Shown one piece after another: positions 1 through 11,643 of a DNA stretch of 45,254 nucleotides. The stretch lies in NCBI RefSeq assembly GCF_001194135.2, contig NC_068983.1:166156028-166201281 (forward strand). Reading direction: 5' to 3'. Source of the DNA: Octopus bimaculoides (lineage: Eukaryota). Below the pieces are notes generated by a model. That model was not told where the DNA came from, ran no database searches, and worked only from the letters and a program-made list of their open reading frames with translations. Position numbers and translations under genes: made by a program. Within the stretch, counting starts at the first letter, position 1; each line of letters opens with the position of its first letter.

Positions 1-345
1 TATTCTCCTTATTTTCTACAATGCTCTTCCACCTATCTGTAAGGCCTCTCTTCCAAAATTCACTTGTCTGTGACAAAAAATACTGTTCTGACCGCGTCTA
101 CAGAATTCATATTTTTTCCGTCCAAATGATTTTGAAGACTGCAGAATAAATGATAATCAGATGGAGCAATGTCCAGTGAATATGGTGGGTGGGGCATTGT
201 CTCCCATTCAAACTGCTTCAGCCTTTGGAACGTCATCCTTGCTGTATATGGCTGGGCATTATCCTGATAGAAGAACACCTTTCGTCTTGAAACCAAAGAT
301 GGGCATTTTGCTTCTAGTGCTGACCAAAGCCGCTTAAGCTTTGTT
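1..345 (-). mobile_element. mariner (DD34D) transposase C-terminal remnant
   Basis: QDNAQPY...HPPYSLDIAPSDYHLF, with 34 residues between the second and third catalytic Asp by hand count. After a frameshift it continues as FWKRGLTDRWKSIVENKGEY to the window edge. Confidence 0.9.
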
Positions 346-534
346 CTTATGACGGCCTGTCTATTATCATGTATACATGACGCACCTATCAATAAAATCA
401 ATAAAATCTTCTCTTAAACATTCTCCCCGGTTGTGTCTCTCTTTTCCTTCTGGCACTTATACGCATTTATTCTTTTCATATTTATTGTATCGACCGTGTG
501 ATGTGCAAAGGAGCCATTCTCGTCACCTCTCTTT

Positions 535-710
535 GCATGGTCGTTTACAAGATCAACCCCAGTACACAACTAGTACTTAATTTATTGACCCCAAAAGGAT
601 GAAAGGCGAAGTTGAATTTGGAGGAATTTGAACTCAGGGCATAAAGGCAGACAAAATACCATTAAGCATTTTGCCCTGTGTGCTAACATTTTTGCTAGCT
701 TGCCGCCTTA
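535..710 (-). mobile_element. tRNA-derived SINE, family A
   Basis: + strand gaccccaaaaggatgaaaggcgaagttga...gaatttgaactcag; minus strand has B-box-like GAGTTCAAATTC. The same motif recurs in 7 other copies in the window. Confidence 0.7.
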
Positions 711-1592
711 ATCTGCAAATATATTGAACCCATGTAATGGATAACGAAGATGGGGGTAAATATCTGCAAGAAGGGAACAAAGGGAATAAATCATAGGGAG
801 CCACTAGAACTGACAATAACCTGGGGACAAAGAAAAAGAAAAAAAACCTCCCCTCTATGACCTTCCAAATAGGGGTTAGGGTTTCACCAGAAAGTAGGTT
901 AAGAAACAGTAGCTAATTGTCTACTAATTTACTAGGTACTTATGTAATGGTATGTCCAGTGTTTTGTTAAACTAGTAATACTGAAGTTTCAAAAATTAAT
1001 TAAAAATTCATCTAAATTACTGAAGAGTTACTAACCAGAAAATGTAAACATATATGAAGCTCATATTAATCCAGTAACCTAATAAATTTAAAAGGGCTGT
1101 TTTGCACCTGACGATAGGAAGAGAGTAAAAGAACAACATGTTTAAATGGCAATATTAGAAATGGTCTTAACATTTTAGAAACTAAAAAAAGACAAATCAA
1201 ATTAATTAAATTACTGTAGAGTACTTATGATTTAAAAAACAAGCATAGAAATAATTTGAATATTGGCAATTAGATTACAAAAAGAGATTCACTAATTTGT
1301 AATTAGCAGAAATGTCTAGTTCAGCCAAGGAATGGAGAGGTATGTTTTAAGAATTATAATATTAGTAATATCAGTCTGTTGATAAAATATTAGAAAAAGG
1401 ATAAAAAGCAAATTAAGGTGACATCGATGTAACGAGTAATGAGACACCAACTAAAACGTAATGACTGATAAATCATTTTCAAATATTAATCAAAAATTTA
1501 ATGAAGTTGATTTTTTCTCTTTTTGTAAACAGTTTATTGCTCATCGTAAGCCTCAGAAATGACTGTTCTTTGAAATGTAATATGATGTGAAA

Positions 1593-1628
<36 letters not shown>

Positions 1629-2154
1629 TGATTTCAAATCCAGCCAATCCATAACTTAATTAAAGGAATTTGAGTTCACTGGATTAGGGAAGACTAATAA
1701 TTAATGATAGGAATGCATTACTAATCACCTTTAGAGCCTTAAGGAGTAGTGTTCATCGGAATTCATGTATTTTTTTTCCCTTTTTTTGTAGCCCAGTTTC
1801 AGTGTAAAAACATCAAATTAGTTGGTGTGGAGAGAGAGAGAGGGGGGGAGAGAGAGAGAGAGAAACATAGGAGACTAAATAAGAGAAAAAGATAAACTGC
1901 AACAATTGGGTGAAGTGTTTAAAAAGAAAAACTGAGGAAAATGTTTTTAAAAATTGAAAAACTAAGGTGCCAAAACATGATATGCAAGAGAATCGTATTT
2001 CTTACAGAAGATTTTGAATACTTTTGGCACTTTGAATTTAAGCCATAATATAAACAGGATTGTTTTGGCAAAAACTGTTTGACAAAATATTAACTAATTT
2101 CCGATTGCATTACATATATGTAGGTTTCTGCCCAGCTCTCTTCAATGACACACA

Positions 2155-2560
2155 CACATCGTCATCAAAGTCATTGTTTTAACATCCACTTTCCATACTT
2201 GCATGAGTCAAATGTGATTTATTCAAGTAGATTCTCTGACTGGATGCCTTTCCTGTTGCCAAATCCTGTTTGCATGCAAGTGAATATTTCCCAATGACCA
2301 GACAGGTTTCCATGGAAGATTGGAAACGACTAGCACTACTTTGTATCGGGAGGCGTCACAATATGAGAACAAGGAGAGACAAACACACATAAACACATTC
2401 ATACATCGGCTCCATTCAGTTTTCATCTATCGCATCTATTTCTAAGGCTTTTGGTTATCCCAGGACTGCAGCAGAAAGCATTTGCCAAAGGTGCTACATC
2501 GTAAAACTAAACCCAAAACGATGGGGCTGGAGAACTGATTTCTTACCATGCAGTCATCCA
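2155..2560 (-). mobile_element. SINE family B2 (tRNA head, CORE-like block, RTE-like 3' tail), degenerate
   Basis: Colinear with copies at 22105, 27395 and 38232 (ggatgcccttcctg, ggaagattggaaac, head ending cttaccatgcagtc). Confidence 0.6.
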
Positions 2561-3400
2561 AGCAACTTCTTTAGAAAGACAGCTAACCAAGCAGTTTGGT
2601 TGTTGTGTGCATTAACATTAGAGTTTCAGTTCAAATTCTGGCCTATGTGATGCATGAGACCCTTCAGCAAGACATTCCATTTTGCTTCTGTCTCCACAGC
2701 CAAAACAACTATCAGCCAAGTGCTAGTGCACCCCTCTCTCGCTCTCCCTCCAACTATCATATCCTAGATGTTTCACTGGTTCAAGAGTGAAGACATTGAG
2801 TGGGTGACTAACTCTCTTCATATCTACATAGGGTTCTAAAAAAATTTAGCTACAGTATGGAACAACCTACAAAGACATACACACATAGGGGTGACAGCTA
2901 TGGCCTGCTTTTGGTTATATACCCCCCCACCCCACACACGCAAAAATAAATGTATATATACATATGGATATACGATGGCCTCTCTGATCCGTTTCCACAT
3001 ATGAAGATTTGACAACCTATGCTTTCTTTACGTCAGTCATAAGGCTTCCATTGAATGTGACTATTTGAGTTCTGCCAACAATTTGCAAAAAAGCCTGCAA
3101 ATGTCTCAAGTATGAAGACTACGGGTCAGTGCAGCTGGTGTATTTTTCCTTTATCTTGCACCCCTTAGCCAGTTAATGTTGGTTGAAACAAAGTCTCTGT
3201 CACCTGCGCACCCCCACACACACCCTGACGCACATGTGTATGTTGGTGTATGTGTTTACATAGTGTCCATGTGCATAGTTGGTGTGTGTGTGTGTGTGTA
3301 TTTGCATGGGTATGTGAATCTGTATGCATTGTGATGTAGGTGGGTAGGGAGGTCGTACTGGTGCCTTGTATTTCTGCAGAGTGAACTACACCCCTTTTAC

Positions 3401-3445
3401 CTTTATCAATTCCGACAGCAAGATTCTAGCAGATTCTGTCACCAT
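3401..3445 (-). CDS. candidate alternative first coding exon MVTESARILLSELIK (hypothetical)
   Basis: aaagATGG start context, 15 codons, then a phase-0 donor AAG|gtaaaa. No homology support. Confidence 0.28.
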
Positions 3446-3626
3446 CTTTCTTAGATAAAAGTTTATGACCCCAATTTTCCCACTTAACAACAGCGATTAT
3501 TTTCTCTTCTCTTTCCTCTCGCTTTCTTCCTACTCCTCAACTCGAAACCATCCTTGCTCTTGCATTTTTTGATCTCATCTTTTTCCCTTGACATACTTCT
3601 TGACCTTTTTAGCTCTTTTAATTTTT

Positions 3627-3745
3627 NNNNNNNNNNNNNNNNNNNNNNNNNNNNNNNNNNNNNNNNNNNNNNNNNNNNNNNNNNNNNNNNNNNNNNNNNN
3701 NNNNNNNNNNNNNNNNNNNNNNNNNNNNNNNNNNNNNNNNNNNNN
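3627..3745. other. assembly gap
   Basis: Run of N. Confidence 1.
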
Positions 3746-3873
3746 CCCAATCCCATCCCATTTTCTACTGCTGGCTTCTCCATTCAGTTCAAAAACACCA
3801 CTGCAGTGCAGTTGACTTTGAAATTCTGAGAGACAATGCAAAGCTTCCTTGCATTAAGGTAATCTCAGCCTGG

Positions 3874-3923
3874 TGATTGGCTACACTGAGCAGCTTAACC
3901 CGTTTCATAACTAATTACGTGAA
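3874..3923 (-). promoter_or_regulatory. candidate internal promoter motifs: NF-Y CCAAT box (AGCCAATCA, 3882-3874), TAATTA and TTACGTGA
   Basis: Motif matches only, in non-repetitive CpG-retaining sequence upstream of the candidate exon at 3445. Confidence 0.28.
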
Positions 3924-4208
3924 AAGGTTCAGCCAGTTAAGGAACACATGGACCCGTTTTACTCCTTCACTTTGGATCTTTATTCGCATTTGCAGCAGCC
4001 CCAGTTGCTGAGAGCTATATAGAAACTGTTTGTTGAACTCCCTTGCAATTTCAAAGGTAGGGAAGATGCATGTGACTTTCAATGCCAATAAATTGTTATT
4101 GTTTCTCATCGTACACTCTCCACTTTTTGTTTTCTATACCCACCACACGTTGCACGACGCTTATAAACTTCCTACACCAGGAACACTGGATTGTATTTGT
4201 ATATATGG

Positions 4209-4860
4209 CATTATTATCATCGTCATTTAATGTCCATATTCCAAAGCTGGCATGGGTTGGACAGTCCGATAGGATTTGAAGAGTCCTTGGATGACATCAT
4301 GTTCCACTGCCTATTTTGGTATAGTTTTTACAGCAGGGGACTCTTCCCAATGCCAACCACTATGCAGTGTGAACTAGGTTCTTTTTTTGTGCCACCTGCC
4401 TTATTGAAGCCACTGTGCAGTTTGCAGGATTACAGACCTTGGGTGAGGTGATGGGGGGTTCAACATCATGCTAACAGACAAGGATAATACTGGAATGGTG
4501 GGGGTTCAGAGCAGGTTACTGTAGAGGAAATCTGCATGGCTGCGTACATCTAGTAGGGAAGAAGGGGTAGAAAGAAAATAATAAGTAGGAGCTGCAAGAG
4601 ATAGATAATGGGAATGAGGTGTCCAGGGAACAGCACAAACCACTGGCAGATTGTATGGGAAGATGAATGAGGCGTGAAGAGGCGTGAAGCCAAAATGGGT
4701 AGGGGTGATGGGTGGATGAGACAACAATCATGAGCTGGGGAAGAGAGAAAGTTGCAGAAGAGTGGGAGGGGGGGGGAGCAACAGGTATAGTAAAAACGAT
4801 ACAATTGTTGAGGGAGGGGCACAAGTGAGATGTGACATGGTTGGGTGATCTTTAGGAGCT
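4209..4860 (-). mobile_element. old RTE LINE 3' end with pyrimidine-rich 3' UTR
   Basis: (GAT)n-type tail and the terminal module (gcatggaa..ggacattaaatgacgatg). Shares cctctacag..aacctg.tctg..cccc with the copy at 17090-17950. Confidence 0.6.
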
Positions 4861-6463
4861 AGGAGAGGGGAGAGGGGCTATTCCTAGTATTATTTTCATT
4901 AATATTCTTGGTAATGTTGTCAGTAGAATTATGTCTACACTTCCTAATACTGTGACTGCTGTTTACTCCATTATTGTTGAGAAGTATAAAGTGATTTTCT
5001 CTTTGTAAGCAGCCCTGTCAAGTTGCTTCATAATAGTACAGAGAATGTTGCCAAAAGATATTTTCATTTGCTAAGAGAAAAGAAATTCTAATGGAAACCC
5101 CATTTACTAGTGAATTGATTATACAGTTAAATCACTGATCTCTTTAAATTTCAATATTTACCTAACAATAAATTTATAAATTTATTTTGACACTAATTGT
5201 TGCCTAAACTACTTTCAATTTGCTTCCAGCCTTAGATAATATCTTTATAATAAGTTTCATCATCCCTAGTTTATAGCCTTGATAAATCATTATAATTTAT
5301 TAGAATCTTATAAATTCTTTTAACATTTATTAACATTTGTGACTTTTATAATTATTTATAATTCTCACAAATTCCTGTAACATTTTCTAATGCTCCCTAT
5401 CATTTTAAATTTATTATAGTAGTGAACTAACCTATTTATTGAACAGTAAGATTTTGATTGATTCTCAAAAATATTGCAGTAGAATTAGTTACAAGAAATA
5501 TTAGTTCTGTTTTTTCTTCTCTCCAGCCTTTCAGCTTGTAACTTCATTACAGCTAAATAACTGATCTCTCTAAATTTAAATATTTAACACAGATTAATAT
5601 CTTTATGTTAACACTGATTGTTGCCTAAACTATTTTCATTAGTCTAGTATACATATTTGCTTATGCCAATACCATCTTCCCATCAATGTCTTGACCATTT
5701 TCTCTATCTGATTTATCCTCTTCAGTTTCTACATAATTATTTATAGGTTATGATTGCAGACACAGTGATTATGGCTACCTTTATATATTTAATCATTTTC
5801 ATTTTCTTTTCTTTTCTTACCTTCTTTTTCCTCCAGGTCCTCTGAAATTCAAGTCTTCTCTGCAATTTTCCTTAAATTATTCCTATGAATTATAATTAGC
5901 TGGATCTCCCTTATTTAAAATTAATATTCTATTAGATCTGCAATAATCGTCATTCCTTGATGTGCTAAATGACAAAACACAGTGAAAGGCTCTTTTAAAG
6001 AACAACACCGACATCTGTCTTAAACTGTATTTTGATTGGGTCAAATGTCATGCTTGGTCTATCATTTGTCAGTATTCAAACATGTTTTTTTGCCACCAGT
6101 ATTTACAAGCAAGATTGCTAAGTTTAATGACATCTTTTGAATAGAAATGTCTTTTAATCATTCTTTAATTTACATCCTCATTCTGCTACCCACCTTCATT
6201 GATTGACAGATTGCTGTCCCACCCACTTTGCATTTCTTAAATGTTGGTAATTCTGATTAGAAATTTCATCTATTGATGATCTGCTGATTAATCAACATGT
6301 AACTGCTCACTTGTTTATTTGGTACACTTAATGAGTTGAGAGTTCTGTAATGTATTACAAAACTGTATTGAAGTTGCGCATACAGCATACTTGACTCTAC
6401 CATTTTTTCATCACAATGACTCTTAATAAAACAATTGTAGTAATATATATGTACACACATATA

Positions 6464-6723
6464 CGTACCAGTAAAAAGCACCATTCAAGCGTGGTTGATG
6501 CCAGTGCCGCTTGACTGGCCTCCATGCTAGTGGCATGTAAAAAGCACCCACTACACTCACGGAGTGGCTGGCATTAGGAAGGGTATCCAGCTGTAGAAAC
6601 CTTGCCAGATCAGATTGGAACCTGGTGCAGCCTCCTGGCTTGCCAGTCCTCAGTCAAACCGTCCAACACATGCCAGCATGGAAAGTGGACATTAAAGGAC
6701 GATGATGATAATGATGATGATGA
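6464..6723 (+). mobile_element. RTE LINE 3' terminal fragment
   Basis: Colinear with 29950-30210, includes about 1.5 units of the 65-bp repeat, ends in (GAT)n. Confidence 0.85.
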
Positions 6724-6772
6724 ATATTTATTCTCTGATTTGAAGCAACAATTTTTAAATATAAACAAATGA

Positions 6773-6816
<44 letters not shown>

Positions 6817-7389
6817 CACACACAAAGTTTGTGAGAAGAATGTTTTATTCTACAATCAAACAAGTGAGTTTATTTCCTCTGCAAGCTAAAAGGAAGTTAT
6901 TTTTGCCAAGAAAGACGTTATTCTTGACAATACTAAGGACTTTTCTTTCCACTTACGCTTAAAACATTGACCTTTATAAAGGAAATCTTACTGAAATGAT
7001 TCAAGAAATTCCATCACTGGTATTGTTTATATATATATGTCTTGTGCACCATTTAACATTATAAACCATTTGTCACTTTATTATCAATCAACAACAGACA
7101 AATATTTAAGAATGCATTGAATCAAGACTTAGTTTATGTAGAAGGTATTTTTATGACCACAGTTTCTGCTTTTATTTTCCTCAGTTTTATCGGTCAACAA
7201 ACTTTAAGTATATATCGCCTGTGCAAGTGGTGAGTAATTGTTTTAGAAGAATTCGCTAAAATATGAAATCATTATTTAAGTGTTTCTCTGGTTGCTTTTA
7301 TTTTGCATTTTTTTCTTTAACGTTTAGCAATAGACAATAAGGACTTTAGTTATAGCAGTCTGGTGCCTTGTGATAACTGTTCACTTCAA

Positions 7390-7569
7390 CCCTATATTTA
7401 TGACATTTCTGTTGAAATAAACTGTCTTTGTTTCGATTAATGTTGAAAATGAAGAATTTAGTAAAATAACTTCATTTTTGATCTGCTGTTTGGAACATAA
7501 TTCACTTTCAACAAGGAAGTTTGTATCACAAAACCAAGTGCCATCTCAGGCAGGTTTGTATCAAAAGGG
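7390..7569. mobile_element. piggyBac-like MITE (CCCT...AGGG termini, TCAA on both flanks)
   Basis: Homologous to 36738-36933 (ttgaaata, gtttggaacat, caggtttgtatcaaaaggg). Identical TCAA tetramer at 7386-7389 and 7570-7573. Confidence 0.6.
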
Positions 7570-8169
7570 TCAACCCATTCTCTCTCTCTCTCTCTCTGAT
7601 GCAGTATGAAGTACCCAACCAACAGGTCAGGGCTTTTGTATCTCATTAGCTAACACTGCATTGTGTCCATGATAAAGTTAGCCTAAAATGCAGTGAACCA
7701 ATCTGTAAATAGGCATTCACTGCTATAAGAGGATGATAATCTCAATTAAGGGAAATGGATTCTGAATAGCTTATTTGTCCTTGGTATACAACAAGAAGGC
7801 AAATGCTTCAATAGTGCTCCTACACTACTTGTATTTCACCAAGTTATACGACTTGCTCCTGCCTTCATATTTCATAGCAAATACAAGAATATACAACATA
7901 CACCTATGCATGTGTGCGTGTGTGTGTGTGCGTGCATGCATGCATGTATGTGTGTGTTGTTCATTTCATATCTGTTTTTCCATGTTTTCATGGTTTGGAC
8001 AAATATGTATCGGAGACAGTGCTTTACAGTTACAAGCCCTTACTGATGCTAACCCTTACCTAATTTTCAAGTAAGGGATTTATTTCTTTTTTATTCCACA
8101 TCACTTAGAAAGTACATGGCTGAACTATTTGTTGACAGAAAAGAAACTGACATTGATTGCTGGCCATAA

Positions 8170-8360
8170 GCAATTGCAGATGCAAACACAGACACACACA
8201 CATGCACAGAAGAAGCTTCTTTTAGTTTCTGTCCATCAAGTTCATTGACAAGGCTTTAGCCAACCTGGGAATAGAGAGAAAACCACTTGTTCTAGATGCT
8301 GCTCAGTGGAAATGAACCTGAAGCCATGTGGTTTGGAAGCTAACTTCTCGACCATACAGT
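8170..8360 (-). mobile_element. SINE family B head/CORE-like region
   Basis: gcttcttttagtttctg...acaaggcttt...gaacctgaagccatgtggttt matches the other family-B copies. Confidence 0.6.
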
Positions 8361-8585
8361 CGGGCTTAAGTTTTGCAAATACATTTTGCATAAGGTCCAT
8401 GCAACAAACAGAACTGCTGCAAGTAGTTAAAGCTAAGACATAACTGAAGGTACATAACTCAATCTCATCGCATTAGTTTAAAAATTTATATAATTTTAAA
8501 GAAAAGAGTCTTATTTACAAATACAAGTTGATAATTATTGTAAAAACTACATAACTGTCAGAAAATTATCCGTAACACAGATATA

Positions 8586-8654
8586 CAGGGTGTGGCAAAA
8601 GATTTCAGTAGCCTTGGTAAATATATTTCTGGGAAGTTTTATTACAGCACCCTG
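8586..8654. mobile_element. 69-bp Tc1/mariner-type mini-MITE (TA-CAGGGTG...CACCCTG-TA)
   Basis: 7-bp perfect terminal inverted repeat with TA on both sides (8584-8585, 8655-8656). Confidence 0.5.
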
Positions 8655-9494
8655 TAGTAACAGCAGCTCTACAATGGAATGCACATATACTGTTATGCAT
8701 GCACACACATACTTCATAAATGCATCCTTGAAAGGTTGATGGCGTTAACACACAAACAAGCATATCATAAATACAGAACACAATTGAAATATGTCCCAAA
8801 CATACACACAAAGCTTACACTCAGATATACATATTGACACTTTCCTGATTAAAAGTTTGTTGTTTTATTTCCTAAATTAATTAAACTATAGAGAAAAGGA
8901 AAAAAAAATGGTTGATTACATGTGATAGAATGAAAGACAGACATCAGACATGTCTGAAACAAAAGCTTGTTTCCAATATTCTCTTTTGCAACAATCTCTT
9001 TCAATCAGAAATACCTACAAACCTGTTCTACAGCCAAAAAAACAAAAAAATGTTCAGTTAGTAAACCAGATATTCCAATGAATTCTCTGCCTGAATTGAT
9101 TAACTTTGTATAATTAGTAATAGGTTTCTAGACCAGCTTCCTTTGATGCTATCCAATGACAGCCACATTGGAAGGAGGAGGAGGAGGAGAAAAAAAATGC
9201 TATTGTTAGTAATAATATCAACAGGAGTTGCAGCAATAGTAGCAACAGCATTGCAAAGCAGTATTAGTAAGAGCAGCAGTGTTAACACTGGTATTATTAT
9301 TATTATTATTGTTGTTATCACCAGTCGTTTTTATTGAAATAATTAATATTATACCCAGTTTATTAATAAAGAAAGGAACAAAAAAAACAAACAAAAAGAA
9401 AGAATAAAACGAGTGCTGGCAGTTGTGGTATTCTTCAATAGAACTGAAAGTTAATATTGATTGGGATTGATCTTAATGAAAAGGAAGTTCAATG

Positions 9495-9527
9495 ATAATA
9501 ATAATAATAATAACAATCATCATCATC

Positions 9528-9564
<37 letters not shown>
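9495..9564. repeat. (AAT)n/(CAT)n microsatellite
   Basis: Direct reading. Similar tracts at 24041-24089, 24785-24843 and 28248-28322. Confidence 0.97.
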
Positions 9565-9566
<2 letters not shown>

Positions 9567-9939
9567 GATATACTCCAATATATTTGGTGAAGTTATGTGT
9601 TGAGCAATACATTTTAAAGTTGATGTTTGGTTACACGCTAAGTAAAGTAAACAAAACAAATATGTCAATGTTTAAAAGCCACTTATTACATGTCGTTTGT
9701 ACAAATTTCTCTTTTTAATTGCTGAAAAGTCATTTTTTTCCAAGTTATAATGCTAGCATTGTAGAAAAGAAAACATTTCTTGTAAAAGGAAGAAACAAAA
9801 AAAGACATTTGAAAGTAATTGCAAATTCAAAGCTCATTTCAAAATGAATATTGCTTTTTTATAATGTTAGCAATAATAACTTTAAAAAAACGTTGGTGTT
9901 AAGTAATACAAAATAATTAAAAAGAGAAGTCTGCAATAA

Positions 9940-10165
9940 AGGTTTCCAATTTTGGCACAGCAGCAGCAGCAGCAATTCATGGAAAGCGTAGGTCAGTCGA
10001 TTATATTGATCCCAACACCTGATTGATACTTTATTTTGTCAATCTTGAAAGGACAAAACACAAAGTTGACCCTGGCAGAATTTAAACTCACAATGTAAAA
10101 AGCTAAAAGAAATGCTGCCAAGTTTTGTGTCTGTTACACTAATGATTCTGCCAGCTTACCAGTTA
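9940..10165 (-). mobile_element. SINE family A, degenerate
   Basis: aattttggcaca...ttgatcccaac...gaaaggacaaaacacaaagttgacc...gaatttaaactca...ttctgccagctt. Confidence 0.65.
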
Positions 10166-11295
10166 AGAAAAAGCTGTAAGAATGACATTTAATAAGTGAC
10201 TTTTAAGCATTTACACATTCATTTCACTCACTCAGGATATCCAAATGTACTTTTGTTTTTCGTCTCATTATTAATCCCACAGAAATAAATGTATCTAAAA
10301 CCAAAGATTGCTCGTTTAGAATATACTAAAGAAATCTGCAGTTCTAGCTGTGGAGGAGGAAAGTGCCATGAGAGATTCACCCAAATAACAAACTGATTCT
10401 TTTTGTCTCAAATTCTATTGATCAGAAATAAATATATTTTCAATTAAGTAATACTAAGAAACAAATTAACAAATTTACTTTTGGCTCAATTTAAAGTGAA
10501 AACAGACTCATGAAATGAAATTATTTTTAAGCTGATTTTTCAAAGAAAATTTAAGTCCAATACAATCTCCTGTAAAATATTTGTAAAGAAGCAAGCAAAA
10601 AGTTTGATGATAGCAAATTAGAAACAAAAAGATGAACAAAACAATTTTATATAATTAAATGGGATTAGCTTATAGATTCTATTACTTTTAGAAAGACCTT
10701 GGGCTCTTCTGGACTAGTCAGTAACAACATCTTATGTTTTAGGGGAAGGAGGGGAAATTATGTCCTATAATAATCAAACTTTTAGTGATGTCAGCGCAAT
10801 GAAATAGGTGTCGACTGAAAATTGAAATGGGGTTGGTAGTCCTGACTATTAAGGAGTTTAACCCTTAAAATATTGAACATAGTATTGGCTTACGGTAGGA
10901 ATTTTGGCTAAATAAAACAGAAAAATATGATGTGATCTCTGGTGTCTAGATTAGGCAACAGTACCAAATGTTTATGGAAAAGTTTCTCTTCATTAACACA
11001 AGCTAATGAAGAACCTATAAATATCTGAAGCAGCCATGAATTTTGGAAATTAATTTTGGGGGAGAAAAAAAAAAAAGTATTTGTAAATAGGTTAAAGTTT
11101 CAGTAGAGGTGGAAAATGACATTTTTGATGATAACGAACGAGAGGGATGTATGAATATGTATTCCATAGTATGTTGATAGACAATAGCATATGTTGCCCT
11201 GACTGTCTTGTTCGCAGCAGGCAATGCCATTGTTTGCAACTGATGATGAAAGAGAGCAGTAGGAAGAACAAGGCCAAGGAAGCGGTTAGACTTAC

Positions 11296-11391
11296 AGGGC
11301 TCCTGCTATCTGGAGTTTGTGTCCCCATTTCTCTCTTGATGCATATCTGCTTCGAATCATCATCACGAACCTCAGTATTTTGTTTCAAAGT
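11296..11391 (-). CDS. ARHGAP39: ARHGAP39-like next coding exon (post-WW linker)
   Basis: Acceptor cttcttcctttcatatttcag, donor CCT|gtaagt; 96 nt, phase 0/0. Reads TLKQNTEVRDDDSKQICIKREMGTQTPDSRSP. TLKQNTE directly follows PLAKLQ in ARHGAP39 orthologues. Confidence 0.9.
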
Positions 11392-11643
11392 CTGAAATAT
11401 GAAAGGAAGAAGAGCCATTGGAGGGCTGGTAGTAGATATATTATACTCAGGATAAATTACAATGAACATTTAATCTTCCAAAAGGGATTTTTTTTTCTTT
11501 AAAAAAAAAAAAAATTAAAATAGCCAAATCAAATTTCTTGTGATGAAATAGAGGAAAAAGGTTATTCTACCACTGGGCCAATTCTACTTCTGAGTCAATA
11601 TAATTGAATTTTCTTAAACTGCTACATTCATTAGCAGTTAGGT

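Noticed and set aside
3200-3373. Open frame KYKAPVRPPYPPTS... after a cag acceptor
   Set aside because: It runs through (CA)n-type repeats that avoid stops by composition, has no homology, and lies too close to the 3400 donor to be spliced from it.
3484-3841. ORFs spanning N-runs (also 11567-12295)
   Set aside because: Their length comes from X codons across assembly gaps.
10229-10347. Possible downstream ARHGAP39 exon (ctttcctcctccacag acceptor, LELQISLVYSKRAIF..., gtgagt donor)
   Set aside because: The frame is open and splice-like sites exist, but the peptide has no resemblance to ARHGAP39 or known proteins. Likely chance.
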